From Candidatus Colwellbacteria bacterium (GTDB lineage: Bacteria; Patescibacteriota; Minisyncoccia; UBA6257; Colwellbacteraceae), in the NCBI GenBank assembly GCA_016176505.1, contig JACOXB010000006.1, positions 7,240 through 71,239 on the forward strand: a DNA stretch of 64,000 nucleotides, given 5' to 3'. Below the pieces are notes generated by a model. The model searched no databases. It was given only the letters and a program-made list of their open reading frames with translations, and was not told the DNA's origin. This document shows positions 8,662-18,110 of this stretch, one piece after another; within the stretch, counting starts at the first letter, position 1; every line of letters starts with the position of its first letter. A program made the translations under genes and the position numbers.

Positions 8662-8850
8662 TTATCTGCGGAAATTGTTTCTTCGAGGATTGTTCTTTCG
8701 ATAACAGTCCCGACAATACACCGGCCGACCGTCGGTCGGTTGAAATGGTAATTCGGTAACGGCTGCGCCACAGTCGGCGCAAGTCCATTCTCCTTTTACC
8801 CATTCACCCGGCGTCCGTCGGAAAGTCTCTCCGCCCTGATTTTCCTCCAC
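8662..8850 (-). CDS. CxxC-x17-CxxC zinc-ribbon protein
   Basis: CADCG...LPFQP.DGRPVYCRDC. Confidence 0.85.
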   Translation of the reverse strand: MEENQGGETFRRTPGEWVKGEWTCADCGAAVTELPFQPTDGRPVYCRDCYRKNNPRRNNFRR

Positions 8851-8948
8851 TTAATTATTAAGTTGGTGCGAATACGTCGACTCCCGTACTTTACTAATAA
8901 TAGCAAAATAGGGTCGCTAGTCAAATCATAGGGATTGGGGACAAGGGC

Positions 8949-9000
8949 TTGACAGGGATTTCCCGTTAGAATATGATTAAATAGTTACATAATTATTTAA
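8949..9000 (+). promoter_or_regulatory. Promoter plus probable ArsR operator
   Basis: TTGACA-N17-TATGAT then imperfect palindrome TTAAATAGTTA-CA-TAATTATTTAA. Confidence 0.6.
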
Positions 9001-9007
9001 CTATCTC

Positions 9008-9331
9008 ATGTTGACTAGGAGACAGGTAGCTGACATTAGATCCGGCATAGGGGGTATTACAACCGGCTTTCCCTTGGTATTCCAAGCGCTTGGGGATCCT
9101 GGTCGATTCAATATCTTCAGGTTGCTGATGGATCGCCATGATATATGCGTCACGGATATCGCCAATGTATTCGGTATTACGGTGTCTGCCGCTTCCCAGC
9201 AGTTGCGCGTGCTTGAGCGTCTTGGTCTCGTCGTCAAGATAAGGATGGGGCAGATGGTATGTTACGAGATCAACCATGAGAACGCTATCGCCAAACGATT
9301 GCTCAAGTTTATTAAAGAGTCGAACAAATAA
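9008..9331 (+). CDS. ArsR/SmtB transcriptional regulator
   Basis: FQALGDPGRFNI, CVTDIA, SAASQQLRVL wHTH. Confidence 0.9.
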   Translation: MLTRRQVADIRSGIGGITTGFPLVFQALGDPGRFNIFRLLMDRHDICVTDIANVFGITVSAASQQLRVLERLGLVVKIRMGQMVCYEINHENAIAKRLLKFIKESNK

Positions 9332-9349
9332 ATTTATTACTAGTAAACT

Positions 9350-9586
9350 GTGCCTAAAGTTACCATTTACACCACGCCGACCTGCGTCTATTGCAGAATG
9401 ACGAAAGCCTTCTTTAAGGAACATAACGTTGCTTATGAGGAGAGAGATGTTTTAACCGACATGACAGCTCGCGACGAGATGATTAGTAAATCCCACCAGA
9501 TGGGCGTGCCGGTCATCGATGTTGACGGCCAGATTATCGTTGGCTTCGACGAAAAGAGCCTGTCGGAACTATTACAAATAAAATAA
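9350..9586 (+). CDS. Glutaredoxin/NrdH-like redoxin
   Basis: YTTPTCVYC, GVPVI, VGFD. Confidence 0.9.
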   Translation: MPKVTIYTTPTCVYCRMTKAFFKEHNVAYEERDVLTDMTARDEMISKSHQMGVPVIDVDGQIIVGFDEKSLSELLQIK

Positions 9587-9623
9587 ATTTCCGAAAATCG
9601 AATAACATTTATGCAGTTTTCTT

Positions 9624-10631
9624 ATGCAGCCCTCAAAGACAATTACCATTGCCAGTATCGCTATTCTCGTAACTCTTACGCTAGTGGTTTTAGCAGCTAC
9701 GGCATTTAGAAACAGTTTTTCCCCACCTCAAGACGGAGAAACTAAAAAGGAAACTGCGAGAGAAATTATGGTAACGGATGGCCTCAAACACAGTGTTCCA
9801 TTAGATGAGATTATCGGCGGCGGCCCGCCGAAAGATGGCATTCCATCCATCGACAATCCGAAGTTTGTTTCAATCGCAGAAACGAGCGGATTTTTAAAGG
9901 ATGACGATCCAGGCATTGCTTTAGACCTTGACGGCACCGCCCGATTTTACCCCTTCCAAATCCTAGTTTGGCATGAAATTGTGAACGATACCGTGAACGG
10001 CGAGCGCGTTCTCGTGACGTACTGCCCTCTTTGCCTTTCCGGAATCGTATTTGATCCCGTTGTTAAGGACGAGCGCGTAGAATTCGGCACCTCGGGCAAA
10101 CTTTGGAACTCGAACTTGGTGATGTATGACCGTAAAACCGATTCGCTCTGGCCCCAGATTTTAGGTGAAGCGGTTGTGGGCGAAATGACCGGCAGCCAAT
10201 TAAAAGTTCTTCCCTCCGACATGATTCGATTTGGAGAATTTAAAGAACAGTATCCTCAAGGGACTGTGCTCTCCCGTGATACGGGGGCAGTGCGTTTCTA
10301 CGGCCAAGATCCATACGGGGATTATTACACCACCCCGGGCACATACTTCCCGGTCAGTAAAAAAGATGATCGCTTGAGCGATAAGGATTTCGTGCTTGGC
10401 ATTGTGATCAATGAAAAGGCGAAGGCCTATTGGCCAGAGGCGGTAAAGAAAGTTGGCGAGATAACCGACCAATTTGAAGGGAAGACCATTGTGGCCCGGT
10501 ATGAAAAAGAAATTGATGCGGTGCGGCTTTTTGAGAAAAAGGCCGATGGCACTCTCGAGCGCATCAACCCGTTCGGCGCATTTTGGTTTTCGTGGGTAGC
10601 GGCCCATCCCGACACAGAACTGTATAAATAA
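9624..10631 (+). CDS. DUF3179 family protein
   Basis: GGPPKDGIPSIDNP, WHEIVND, YCPLC, FGTSGKL, FWFSW. Confidence 0.85.
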   Translation: MQPSKTITIASIAILVTLTLVVLAATAFRNSFSPPQDGETKKETAREIMVTDGLKHSVPLDEIIGGGPPKDGIPSIDNPKFVSIAETSGFLKDDDPGIALDLDGTARFYPFQILVWHEIVNDTVNGERVLVTYCPLCLSGIVFDPVVKDERVEFGTSGKLWNSNLVMYDRKTDSLWPQILGEAVVGEMTGSQLKVLPSDMIRFGEFKEQYPQGTVLSRDTGAVRFYGQDPYGDYYTTPGTYFPVSKKDDRLSDKDFVLGIVINEKAKAYWPEAVKKVGEITDQFEGKTIVARYEKEIDAVRLFEKKADGTLERINPFGAFWFSWVAAHPDTELYK

Positions 10632-10639
10632 AATTAGCT

Positions 10640-11161
10640 ATGAAGAAATTTTTAATTCTGGCGGGTATTATCATCGTAATTGCTATTAGTTGGCTTATTA
10701 TTTCAAAAATAAATTCCTCGCCCCAAGAGGAAGTTTCAGCGCCAGTTGCTTCGGCCGAAGTGCCGGATTTCGTGCTTCAAGACTATAGCGGCCAGACAGT
10801 CACTCGGGCTGATTTTTCAGGCAGGCCAATGGTCATTAATTCCTGGGCGGCTTGGTGTCCGTTTTGCCGGGAAGAACTGTCTGATTTTGCCGCGGCTCAA
10901 AAAGAATTTAGCGACCAGGTTGTTATTATCGCTATTAACCGCGCCGAATCACTCGAAACTACTAAAGGATATACTGACGAACAGGGGATTAGCGACAAGC
11001 TTATTTTTCTGCTTGATCCGACCGATTCGTTTTACCAGTCGATCGGCGGTTTCTCTATGCCCGAAACAATTTTTGTAGACAAAAACGGTAATATTGTTGA
11101 CCATAAACGAGGTCCGATGGAGCTCGACGAAATCCGCTCAAGAATTAAAAAGATTTTGTAA
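10640..11161 (+). CDS. TlpA/ResA thiol-disulfide oxidoreductase
   Basis: TM anchor; WAAWCPFC; MPET. Confidence 0.9.
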   Translation: MKKFLILAGIIIVIAISWLIISKINSSPQEEVSAPVASAEVPDFVLQDYSGQTVTRADFSGRPMVINSWAAWCPFCREELSDFAAAQKEFSDQVVIIAINRAESLETTKGYTDEQGISDKLIFLLDPTDSFYQSIGGFSMPETIFVDKNGNIVDHKRGPMELDEIRSRIKKIL

Positions 11162-11163
11162 TT

Positions 11164-11919
11164 ATGGAAGCTTCGCTTATTATCCCCGCTTTCATAGCCG
11201 GCATTCTCACCCTGCTTGCGCCTTGCACCCTTCCTTTGGTGCCAGGCTATCTGGGATTTATTAGCGGCGTTTCTGCAAGCGATCTCCAAAATCCGAGCAA
11301 ATCAAAAATGGCTCGCGGGAAAATATTTTTGAACGGCGTTCTTTACGTAATTGGCTTCAGTCTGGTTTTTATAATCCTCGGTAGCCTCTTTGGGCTTACC
11401 GGAGTGGCGCTCGCTAAATACCGGATTTGGCTTTCCCGAATCGGCGGTATTTTTGTGATATTCTTCGGACTGTTCATGATGGGAATTTTGAAACTGCCAT
11501 TTTTAAACGTTGAAAAACGCATCGGGAACATAAAGATCTTAAAGCCGGGCACCCCTGCCAGTTCTTTAGTTTTTGGAGCGACTTTTGCTTTCGGCTGGAC
11601 GCCGTGTGTGGGGCCTATCCTCGGCTCTATCCTCACCCTGGCCGCTTCGTCAGCCACAGTTGGTCAGGGCGCGTTTTTACTCGCCGTTTTTTCCGCCGGC
11701 CTCGCCGTTCCCTTTTTAGCTATTGCGGCAAGCGTCAGCTCCGCCTCTCGCTATCTTGCAAAAATAAGTAAGTATCTCAATGTTGTATCGATTATCGGCG
11801 GAGTATTTCTCGTTTTTCTCGGCATTCTACTTCTGACGAATAACTTTAACGCCTGGCTCGGCTACTTCTACCGCATTTTCGATTTTATAAACTACGACCG
11901 TTTATTGGATTATCTATAA
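11164..11919 (+). CDS. ccdA: CcdA/DsbD-beta membrane electron transporter
   Basis: APCTLPLVPGY and FGWTPCVGPIL motifs. Confidence 0.9.
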   Translation: MEASLIIPAFIAGILTLLAPCTLPLVPGYLGFISGVSASDLQNPSKSKMARGKIFLNGVLYVIGFSLVFIILGSLFGLTGVALAKYRIWLSRIGGIFVIFFGLFMMGILKLPFLNVEKRIGNIKILKPGTPASSLVFGATFAFGWTPCVGPILGSILTLAASSATVGQGAFLLAVFSAGLAVPFLAIAASVSSASRYLAKISKYLNVVSIIGGVFLVFLGILLLTNNFNAWLGYFYRIFDFINYDRLLDYL

Positions 11920-11956
11920 AATAGAATGCTGCGTTCTTGGGGTTGGGGCGAGGCGC

Positions 11957-12796
11957 CTACTTCCCTTCGGGGGCTATAAGATAATTCTCTGATAGGATTT
12001 CGATCTGCGTCTGAAGCACAATCTTAAGGGCCTCATCTAACTGACTGTCCTTTTTGATTTTCTCAGTCGCGTCGGCGAGTTGATCTATTGCCCCTAACGC
12101 AGTTTCTTTAGTTAAAACAGGCGATTCTATAAGCGTCTGAGTTTCGACCACTTCTTCGCTTAGCGTTTGGATGACCCTATCAGGAGATTCGCTAGAGACA
12201 TAATCTTCTATCTCTCGGCTAAGCTCAGCATCAATCAGATCACCGAGTTCTTCAATAACATCAGCCTTAATATCGGTGTTTTCCAAAATCTCTCCTTCTG
12301 CATCGAGTAGCGCTGATGTTTTAACTAAATGATTCAAACGTCCTCGCCTCGCGATTTTATCATCGGGCACACTCAGTATTTCGTGAACGTGTTCTTCTAA
12401 ATTCTCTGTTATCTCGGCAGCCTGATCCGCGGATTCGAGTTCATCATCGGTCGCCATTTGGGTCTCTCTAAGACGTTCCTCGAGACGTTCGGCGTGATAA
12501 GCGGTATTAGCTTCGGGCGAAAAGCGCATGGCTTCTTCTACCTCTTCAATGATATAAATCTCGAGCCCGTGAAGCAGATCGCCGGGGATACTCTGTTGCG
12601 CGGCATAGGTAAACGGAACTAAAACGATGAATAGACCCGCAGCTGTCGCGAGGCCGATCTTTAGAATAAATAAAGGAAGGCGTCTTTCTTGCGGTAAGGG
12701 GTTTCGTAAGACGAATTCCCGGATTGCATTTCTTTCAGAATCCAGTAAACGCACTCCCGAACCCTCTTTATGAAATCGCTTAAGCATCCTGTTCAT
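11957..12796 (-). CDS. Putative anti-sigma factor (single TM plus DUF5667-like domain)
   Basis: Overlaps end of ECF gene; TM followed by SIPGDLL..L...EE and ERLRE. Confidence 0.7.
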   Translation of the reverse strand: MNRMLKRFHKEGSGVRLLDSERNAIREFVLRNPLPQERRLPLFILKIGLATAAGLFIVLVPFTYAAQQSIPGDLLHGLEIYIIEEVEEAMRFSPEANTAYHAERLEERLRETQMATDDELESADQAAEITENLEEHVHEILSVPDDKIARRGRLNHLVKTSALLDAEGEILENTDIKADVIEELGDLIDAELSREIEDYVSSESPDRVIQTLSEEVVETQTLIESPVLTKETALGAIDQLADATEKIKKDSQLDEALKIVLQTQIEILSENYLIAPEGK

Positions 12797-13280
12797 AGAT
12801 TTTCCTAAGTTGTTTTAAGCCACGACTAATTCGTGCCGATATATTATTTTCGCTCGTGCCGAGGATTTGGGCAATTTCTTTAACTTTCATCTCTTCAATG
12901 TACCGCATCACCAAAACTTCTCGATAACGTTCGCTTATTCCCTTGAGCCGCTGCACGACTTGCTCTTGTGGGGCGATCATCATAATTTCCGCATCTTCAT
13001 ATCGAACCTCAAACCCGACTTTAAGCATCTCATCAAGAGAAACCTCCCTCTTATTCGTTCGAATTTCATTTACGAACGCGTTAGCCGCGCTGCGGTAAAG
13101 AAAGGCTTTGGAATTTTCAATCTTCTTGCCGGCCAAGAGGTATTGCCAATAACGGGTAAAAACTTCTTGGACAAGCTCTAGGGCTCGTTCGCGATTTTGA
13201 AGACGGTAATAAAGGTACCGGAAAATAGCATCGGCATACTTTTTATATACCGATTCGAATTCGCGCCTATGGGATCGCAT
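12780..13280 (-). CDS. ECF RNA polymerase sigma factor
   Basis: IFRYLYYR...ELVQEVF..W (region 2); EIAQILG.SEN.IS.RISRG (region 4); likely start ATG 13280. Confidence 0.9.
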   Translation of the reverse strand: MRSHRREFESVYKKYADAIFRYLYYRLQNRERALELVQEVFTRYWQYLLAGKKIENSKAFLYRSAANAFVNEIRTNKREVSLDEMLKVGFEVRYEDAEIMMIAPQEQVVQRLKGISERYREVLVMRYIEEMKVKEIAQILGTSENNISARISRGLKQLRKIYEQDA

Positions 13281-13286
13281 TAATAT

Positions 13287-13377
13287 AGACACATTAAGTA
13301 GGGTAAGTATGACGATTCCCTAATCGGACTCCTTAAAAATAGAACGTTGTGTCAGGTTTTTCGTTTCGAATGTGTCT
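13287..13377. promoter_or_regulatory. Pair of divergent ECF-type promoters GTCA-N14-AATGTGTCT
   Basis: Minus 13313-13287 and plus 13351-13377, identical motif and spacing. Confidence 0.7.
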
Positions 13378-13506
13378 CAAATAGCAGTGGGGAATCCCAC
13401 TAATCAAGCGACGCGTAATACCTTGATTGTCAACCTCACTGACACCATAGGGGTGTTACGCGTGTGGCAATACATTTAAAGGTCGATAAATAAATCATTA
13501 AAAATA

Positions 13507-15519
13507 ATGACTACAGTTACACGAAAAATAGTTACTGTTTCTGTTTCCGCAGCGACCATAGTATGGCTCTCTGGTGCAGCTATGCTTGCCCCAGTAGCCG
13601 TAGCCCAGACCTCAGCCGAGGTCCAGGCCCAGATTGACGCCTTACTCGCCCAAATTGTAGCCCTTCAGGCCCAATTAGCAGCAAGAGTCGGGGGCGATGC
13701 TTGTTATCCCTACGCCCGTGACCTCACTCTCGGGGTAAGGGGAGATGATGTCTCGGCCGTCCAGACTTACTTAGTTGCCCAAAATAAAGGCGCAAGAGCG
13801 CAGGCTTTAGCTAGCGTTTTCGCTAGCGGCACTGCTAAGGGTTACTTCGGCCCATTGACTCAAGCGGCACTCGCTGAGTATCAAGCCTCGGTTGGTATCT
13901 CGCCTGCCGCTGGTTACTTTGGTCCGATTACTCGAGCCCATCTCCAGGCTGCCTGTGTTTCTCAGCCTCCAGCCGAAGAAGAAGAGAAAAAGGATGGCGA
14001 GCTTAAAGGCGGTGCTGGTGCAGTTGACCAGTACGACTTAGTTTCTGGTCTTCAGAACGAGGAAGTTGGTGAAGATGAAGAGGATGTAGAAGTAGCTGGT
14101 CTTGAGATTGAAGTTTCCGACAGTTCTGACCTCGAGTTCACTGCTGTTACCCTCGACTTTGACCAGAACAATGCTGACAACGATGACTTTGATGAGTACG
14201 CCGATGAAGTCTCTGTCTGGCTTGATGGCGAGGAGGTCGGCCGCGTCGATGCCAGTCGTTTCGATGAGGATACTGGCTGGCGACGGACTATCACTCTTGA
14301 TAGAGGCGCCATTATTCGCGCTGGTGACACTGGCGAACTCATAGTGGCTATAAGCGGTGTTAGGAATCTCGACAGTAATGACGAGGGCGAAACTTGGGAT
14401 GTCGACTTCGATTTGGTTCGCTACCGTGACGCTACTGGTGCTTCTACCTCAGAAGACCCAGGCACGGCTGTCCGGACCTTCTCGTTCGAAACCTTTGCCA
14501 CTGCGTCTGATCTTGAGCTTCGGGTAAGACTGAATGAGGATGACGAGGACATTAACGACGCCCACGTCATCGACATCGATGATGCTAATGACACGGATGA
14601 TGTTGAATTCCTTTCCTTCACCATGGAAGCGAGAGGGAGGTCCGACATTACCATTGATGAAATTCCGGTTGTGATTACAACTACCGAAGCCGCTGGAGCG
14701 AACTTCGATGACCCTGATGACGTTATCACCAGTGTTTCACTTTGGAGAAACGGCAGGAGGGTTGCCACCGAAAATTTGAGCGCGGCTGACGCCAACGATG
14801 ACACCGAGACCGTTACCTTTGACGACCTCGATCTCGAACTTGATGCCGGCGATATCGACGAGTTTATGGTCAAGCTTGACCTTGTCTCGACTGGTGACGC
14901 GCTTGATAACGGCGATACTATTCAGGTTCAAATGACAGCGGTTGAAGTCGACGCCATTGATGCCGAAGACGAGTCTGGCGAAGAGCTGGTTGCGGCCGAC
15001 CTAACCGGCACGGCCTTAGCTGATGCCCACGTTGTGTATGACGCGGGTATTATAGTTGAGTTCGTGAGCGCCACTGCCACTCGATCGTTTACGGCAGATG
15101 AGGCGGGCGAGTCTGACACTGGGGAGTACAAGATTACCTTTAGGGTGACGGCCTTCGATGGCGACATGAGGATTGACCGTACCTGCGAGGACGACAACGG
15201 CGCTGATGCTGACGGTCAGGGCACTGTCTTTGACTTCACGGTAAGCGCTGGTGATGAGGTGGGTTGGACCGTTGGCTGTCTCTTGAGTTCCAGCTCTGCT
15301 GACAGCGAAGATACGGCTAACACCTTTGAGGTTGATGAAAATAAGACTCGTACCTTCACTCTCACGGTTAATGTCACTCCCGATGAAGACAGCTTCGTCG
15401 AGGTGGCAATTGAGTCCATCAACTGGGGTACTAACCAGGACAACACGAACGCTGAGGACTACACCTTCAGTTTGGATGAATTCAAGACCGACTCGATCTT
15501 CTTGAACGATATCCCGTAG
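13507..15519 (+). CDS. Secreted acidic S-layer-like protein with peptidoglycan-binding domain
   Basis: Signal peptide, QIxxLxxQI coiled coil, DLTLG..GDDV..VQ, two GYFGP.T repeats, Asp/Glu-rich beta-rich C-terminus. Confidence 0.75.
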   Translation: MTTVTRKIVTVSVSAATIVWLSGAAMLAPVAVAQTSAEVQAQIDALLAQIVALQAQLAARVGGDACYPYARDLTLGVRGDDVSAVQTYLVAQNKGARAQALASVFASGTAKGYFGPLTQAALAEYQASVGISPAAGYFGPITRAHLQAACVSQPPAEEEEKKDGELKGGAGAVDQYDLVSGLQNEEVGEDEEDVEVAGLEIEVSDSSDLEFTAVTLDFDQNNADNDDFDEYADEVSVWLDGEEVGRVDASRFDEDTGWRRTITLDRGAIIRAGDTGELIVAISGVRNLDSNDEGETWDVDFDLVRYRDATGASTSEDPGTAVRTFSFETFATASDLELRVRLNEDDEDINDAHVIDIDDANDTDDVEFLSFTMEARGRSDITIDEIPVVITTTEAAGANFDDPDDVITSVSLWRNGRRVATENLSAADANDDTETVTFDDLDLELDAGDIDEFMVKLDLVSTGDALDNGDTIQVQMTAVEVDAIDAEDESGEELVAADLTGTALADAHVVYDAGIIVEFVSATATRSFTADEAGESDTGEYKITFRVTAFDGDMRIDRTCEDDNGADADGQGTVFDFTVSAGDEVGWTVGCLLSSSSADSEDTANTFEVDENKTRTFTLTVNVTPDEDSFVEVAIESINWGTNQDNTNAEDYTFSLDEFKTDSIFLNDIP

Positions 15520-15549
15520 GTTGAGTAGCGTAGTTTACGCGAGTAGTGT

Positions 15550-15595
15550 TAAAACCAAAACCGGTCCGACTACAGTCGGACCGGTTTTGGTTTTA
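15550..15595. terminator. Long perfect hairpin between convergent units
   Basis: TAAAACCAAAACCGGTCCGACT-AC-AGTCGGACCGGTTTTGGTTTTA. Confidence 0.7.
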
Positions 15596-15713
15596 GTCGC
15601 CCAGTCGGCCGTCTCGGGAAAACTCCCGTTTTCCCGACCCCTTTCCCGTTCGAATCTTAGCCCGTCATCATAAAACAAAAATCCCTCGCCACAAGGCGGG
15701 GACTTTTGTTTTG

Positions 15714-15784
15714 CTGCCGGGCAGGGATTCGAACCCCGATACTCAGGTCCAAAACCTGATGTCCTACCATTAGACGACCCGGCA
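15714..15784 (-). tRNA. tRNA-Gln(UUG)
   Basis: TGCCGGG...CCCGGCA acceptor stem, anticodon loop TT-TTG-GA, GTTCGAATC; CCA not encoded. Confidence 0.95.
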
Positions 15785-15809
15785 ATCATGGATTATCATA
15801 TTAAAACCG

Positions 15810-16271
15810 ATGGCGAAAAACAAATTGTTCGTTGGTTTGATGGTCGGAGTGGTTGCCTTGAGTCTCTTGGGTCTCACCGGTCTTTTTAATGTGCCTTTCG
15901 GCGGCTCTGACAATTCATCCGAAGATAACAGCGGCCCCAAAAGCGTTCCTTGTCTTACAAGTGAGGCTTTCCACATTCATCCCGAACTAACCGTTTTAGT
16001 TAACGGCCAAAAAGAGGCTGTTCCGGCGAATATCGGCATTGTGCCTGGTTGCACTCGCGAGCTTCACACCCACGCTACTGACGGGGTGATTCACGTCGAG
16101 TCAGCGGTTGACCGGGGTTATGTTTTTACTAACTTTCTCGCGGTCTGGGGTAAATCGCTCGAGCGAGGAGGCTATGACTTAAAAATAACTGTTGATGGCG
16201 CCGAAACAACCGATCCGAATTTTATCTTAAAAGACGGTCAAGAAATTATTCTCGAATATACTAGTTTATAA
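15810..16271 (+). CDS. Membrane-anchored protein with HIH/HTH metal-binding-like motifs
   Basis: FHIHPEL, VPANIGI, LHTHATDGVIHVE. Confidence 0.75.
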   Translation: MAKNKLFVGLMVGVVALSLLGLTGLFNVPFGGSDNSSEDNSGPKSVPCLTSEAFHIHPELTVLVNGQKEAVPANIGIVPGCTRELHTHATDGVIHVESAVDRGYVFTNFLAVWGKSLERGGYDLKITVDGAETTDPNFILKDGQEIILEYTSL

Positions 16272-16277
16272 ACTATC

Positions 16278-16319
16278 ACAGAATATTATAACATTCTACA
16301 GAATGTTATAATATTCTGT
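16278..16319. repeat. Palindromic repeat family B
   Basis: Perfect 20-bp IR ACAGAATATTATAACATTCT-AC-AGAATGTTATAATATTCTGT. Confidence 0.85.
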
Positions 16320-16409
16320 ACCAAGGCTTAAAAGTAATAAAAAAGACCCGCGTTGCGAATCTTACGGAGAGAGCGGTCCGATTCAAATCGGACCGCTCTC
16401 TCCTTCCGT

Positions 16410-16841
16410 TCAGTCCCGGTCCCAGCCGTTCGCGACCAGCGTGACCGTTCCCTCCCCAGGAAGGTACGCATCACGTGGGAGATAGTCGTCAGTGCCGGGG
16501 ATCCTAACGGTCTGCAGGCCCATCTGTTGGACCGCCGCCTCGATCTGCTCCGGCCGAACTCGCCGTCGGGCTTCTTGGATCACCTCGTCGAGGAACTCCT
16601 TCGGCACCCGCGAGAGCACGCCGCACTGGGGGCAGTAGAGTCCTGGATCGAACCCGACTGATCCCTGAACGATGTATCTGAGGTTCGTGCCCCCCCGGGG
16701 CGAGAGCTCAGTCCCCATTTCGTGCTCGAACTGCGCGTGGCAGACTGGGCAACTCATCTGCGTTCTGCAGACGAGTTGCGGCCTGGCGTTGAGCGGTCCG
16801 CCGGAACCTCTGGCCTCGATCGAAAACTTCAGAACATTCAT
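16410..16841 (-). CDS. GC-rich hypothetical protein with two CxxC motifs
   Basis: GGAGGTGA SD before ATG 16841; CPVC and CPQC; hairpin terminator at ~16366-16403. Confidence 0.7.
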   Translation of the reverse strand: MNVLKFSIEARGSGGPLNARPQLVCRTQMSCPVCHAQFEHEMGTELSPRGGTNLRYIVQGSVGFDPGLYCPQCGVLSRVPKEFLDEVIQEARRRVRPEQIEAAVQQMGLQTVRIPGTDDYLPRDAYLPGEGTVTLVANGWDRD

Positions 16842-16943
16842 CCGTTTCACCTCCCTCCGTTCACTATTCACTTCTCGAAGACCTACGGCGAGGATATCGA
16901 GATTTTATATTTTTGTCAAGAGGCGGTGAAAAAGTTTTTAGAT

Positions 16944-18065
16944 TTAACTTTTGAGATTTTCTATTATCGCCACTTCAAGCGGTACTAAGGTAAAAGGCGA
17001 ATAACGCATTTCGCTGTAAGCCCTGATTAAGGATTTGATTAAGCTGATTATTTTGGCTTCGCTTTCAATTAGTTCGCCCCGTTCTTTAATTTCTTTAACT
17101 TCATCCGGTGTCAGTTCACGCTTGAAAACCTCTTCGAGTCCGGGGTCAAATTTTAAAGCCAGAATCCGACGGAGATAATGAATTAAATCCTTATTTAGCT
17201 GGACCAAGTTAAAGCCCGCCTCGTTGATCTCAGTTAAGTATTCGAGAGAGGCCTGAAGATCATTATCCAAAAGATATTTCGCTAAGGTTGCAGTCCTCAC
17301 TGAGCCAACCTTGCCCAAAATCTGCTCAACATTTTCCAAGCTCGTGCCGCCAGTACTGGCTTCGCCTAAAGACATCACCTGTTCAAGTAAGGCTTCGGCA
17401 TCCCGAAAACTGCCTTCGGAGGCCGTGGCCACGAGTTCTAACGCCGCGTTATCAATTTTTAATTTTTCCTCGATCGCAATCTGGTTCAGTTTCTGTAAAA
17501 TCAATTGAATCGGGATGCGGCGGAAATGGAATCTCTGGGTTCGGGAAATAATGGTCGGCGGCAGTTTGTCATACTCGGTGGTAGCCAGTACAAAAATCGC
17601 ATGGGCCGGTGGTTCTTCAAGCGTTTTTAAAAGCGCATCGGCTGCCTGTTTCGTCAGCTGATGAACCTCGTCAATGATAAAAACTTTGTATTGATAAGAA
17701 GTCGGCGAAAGGCGAATGCCTTCTCTTAAACTCCTGATTTCATCAATACCTCGGTTTGAGGCGGCATCAATTTCAACCACGTCCAAGGCTCGACCTTCAT
17801 CAATTTCAGTGCAAGGGCGGCATTTATTACAAGGTTCGCCTTTTTCGCGGAAAGCTTTATCTTTGGCCCGGGTTTCGCAATTGGCGATTTTGGCCATAAT
17901 CCGGGCGGCTGTGGTTTTGCCGGTTCCGCGCGGGCCGTAGAAAAGATAAGCATGACTGATTTTATCGGACTTGGCCGCATTCTTAAGAATACCCACCGCC
18001 AATTCCTGACCAATCAGGTCTTTTAAGAGTCGCGGCCGATATTTCCGATAGATTGCGAGCGCCAT
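16944..18065 (-). CDS. dnaX: DNA polymerase III gamma/tau (short form)
   Basis: YRKYRP, GPRGTGKT, EIDAASNRG, IIDEVH, LKTLEEPP. Confidence 0.95.
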   Translation of the reverse strand: MALAIYRKYRPRLLKDLIGQELAVGILKNAAKSDKISHAYLFYGPRGTGKTTAARIMAKIANCETRAKDKAFREKGEPCNKCRPCTEIDEGRALDVVEIDAASNRGIDEIRSLREGIRLSPTSYQYKVFIIDEVHQLTKQAADALLKTLEEPPAHAIFVLATTEYDKLPPTIISRTQRFHFRRIPIQLILQKLNQIAIEEKLKIDNAALELVATASEGSFRDAEALLEQVMSLGEASTGGTSLENVEQILGKVGSVRTATLAKYLLDNDLQASLEYLTEINEAGFNLVQLNKDLIHYLRRILALKFDPGLEEVFKRELTPDEVKEIKERGELIESEAKIISLIKSLIRAYSEMRYSPFTLVPLEVAIIENLKS

Positions 18066-18110
18066 TTTTCCCTTCAATTATAGGGGAGTTTGGCTTAAAA
18101 TGAGAAATAA

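Noticed and set aside
14052-15446. Antisense ORFs within the S-layer-like gene (and similar ones in 52875-56441)
   Set aside because: Ser-rich shadows of acidic codon usage on the coding strand.
16944-18065. dnaX as a truncated pseudogene
   Set aside because: Clamp-loader domains look intact up to a clean stop; short DnaX forms are plausible in reduced genomes.
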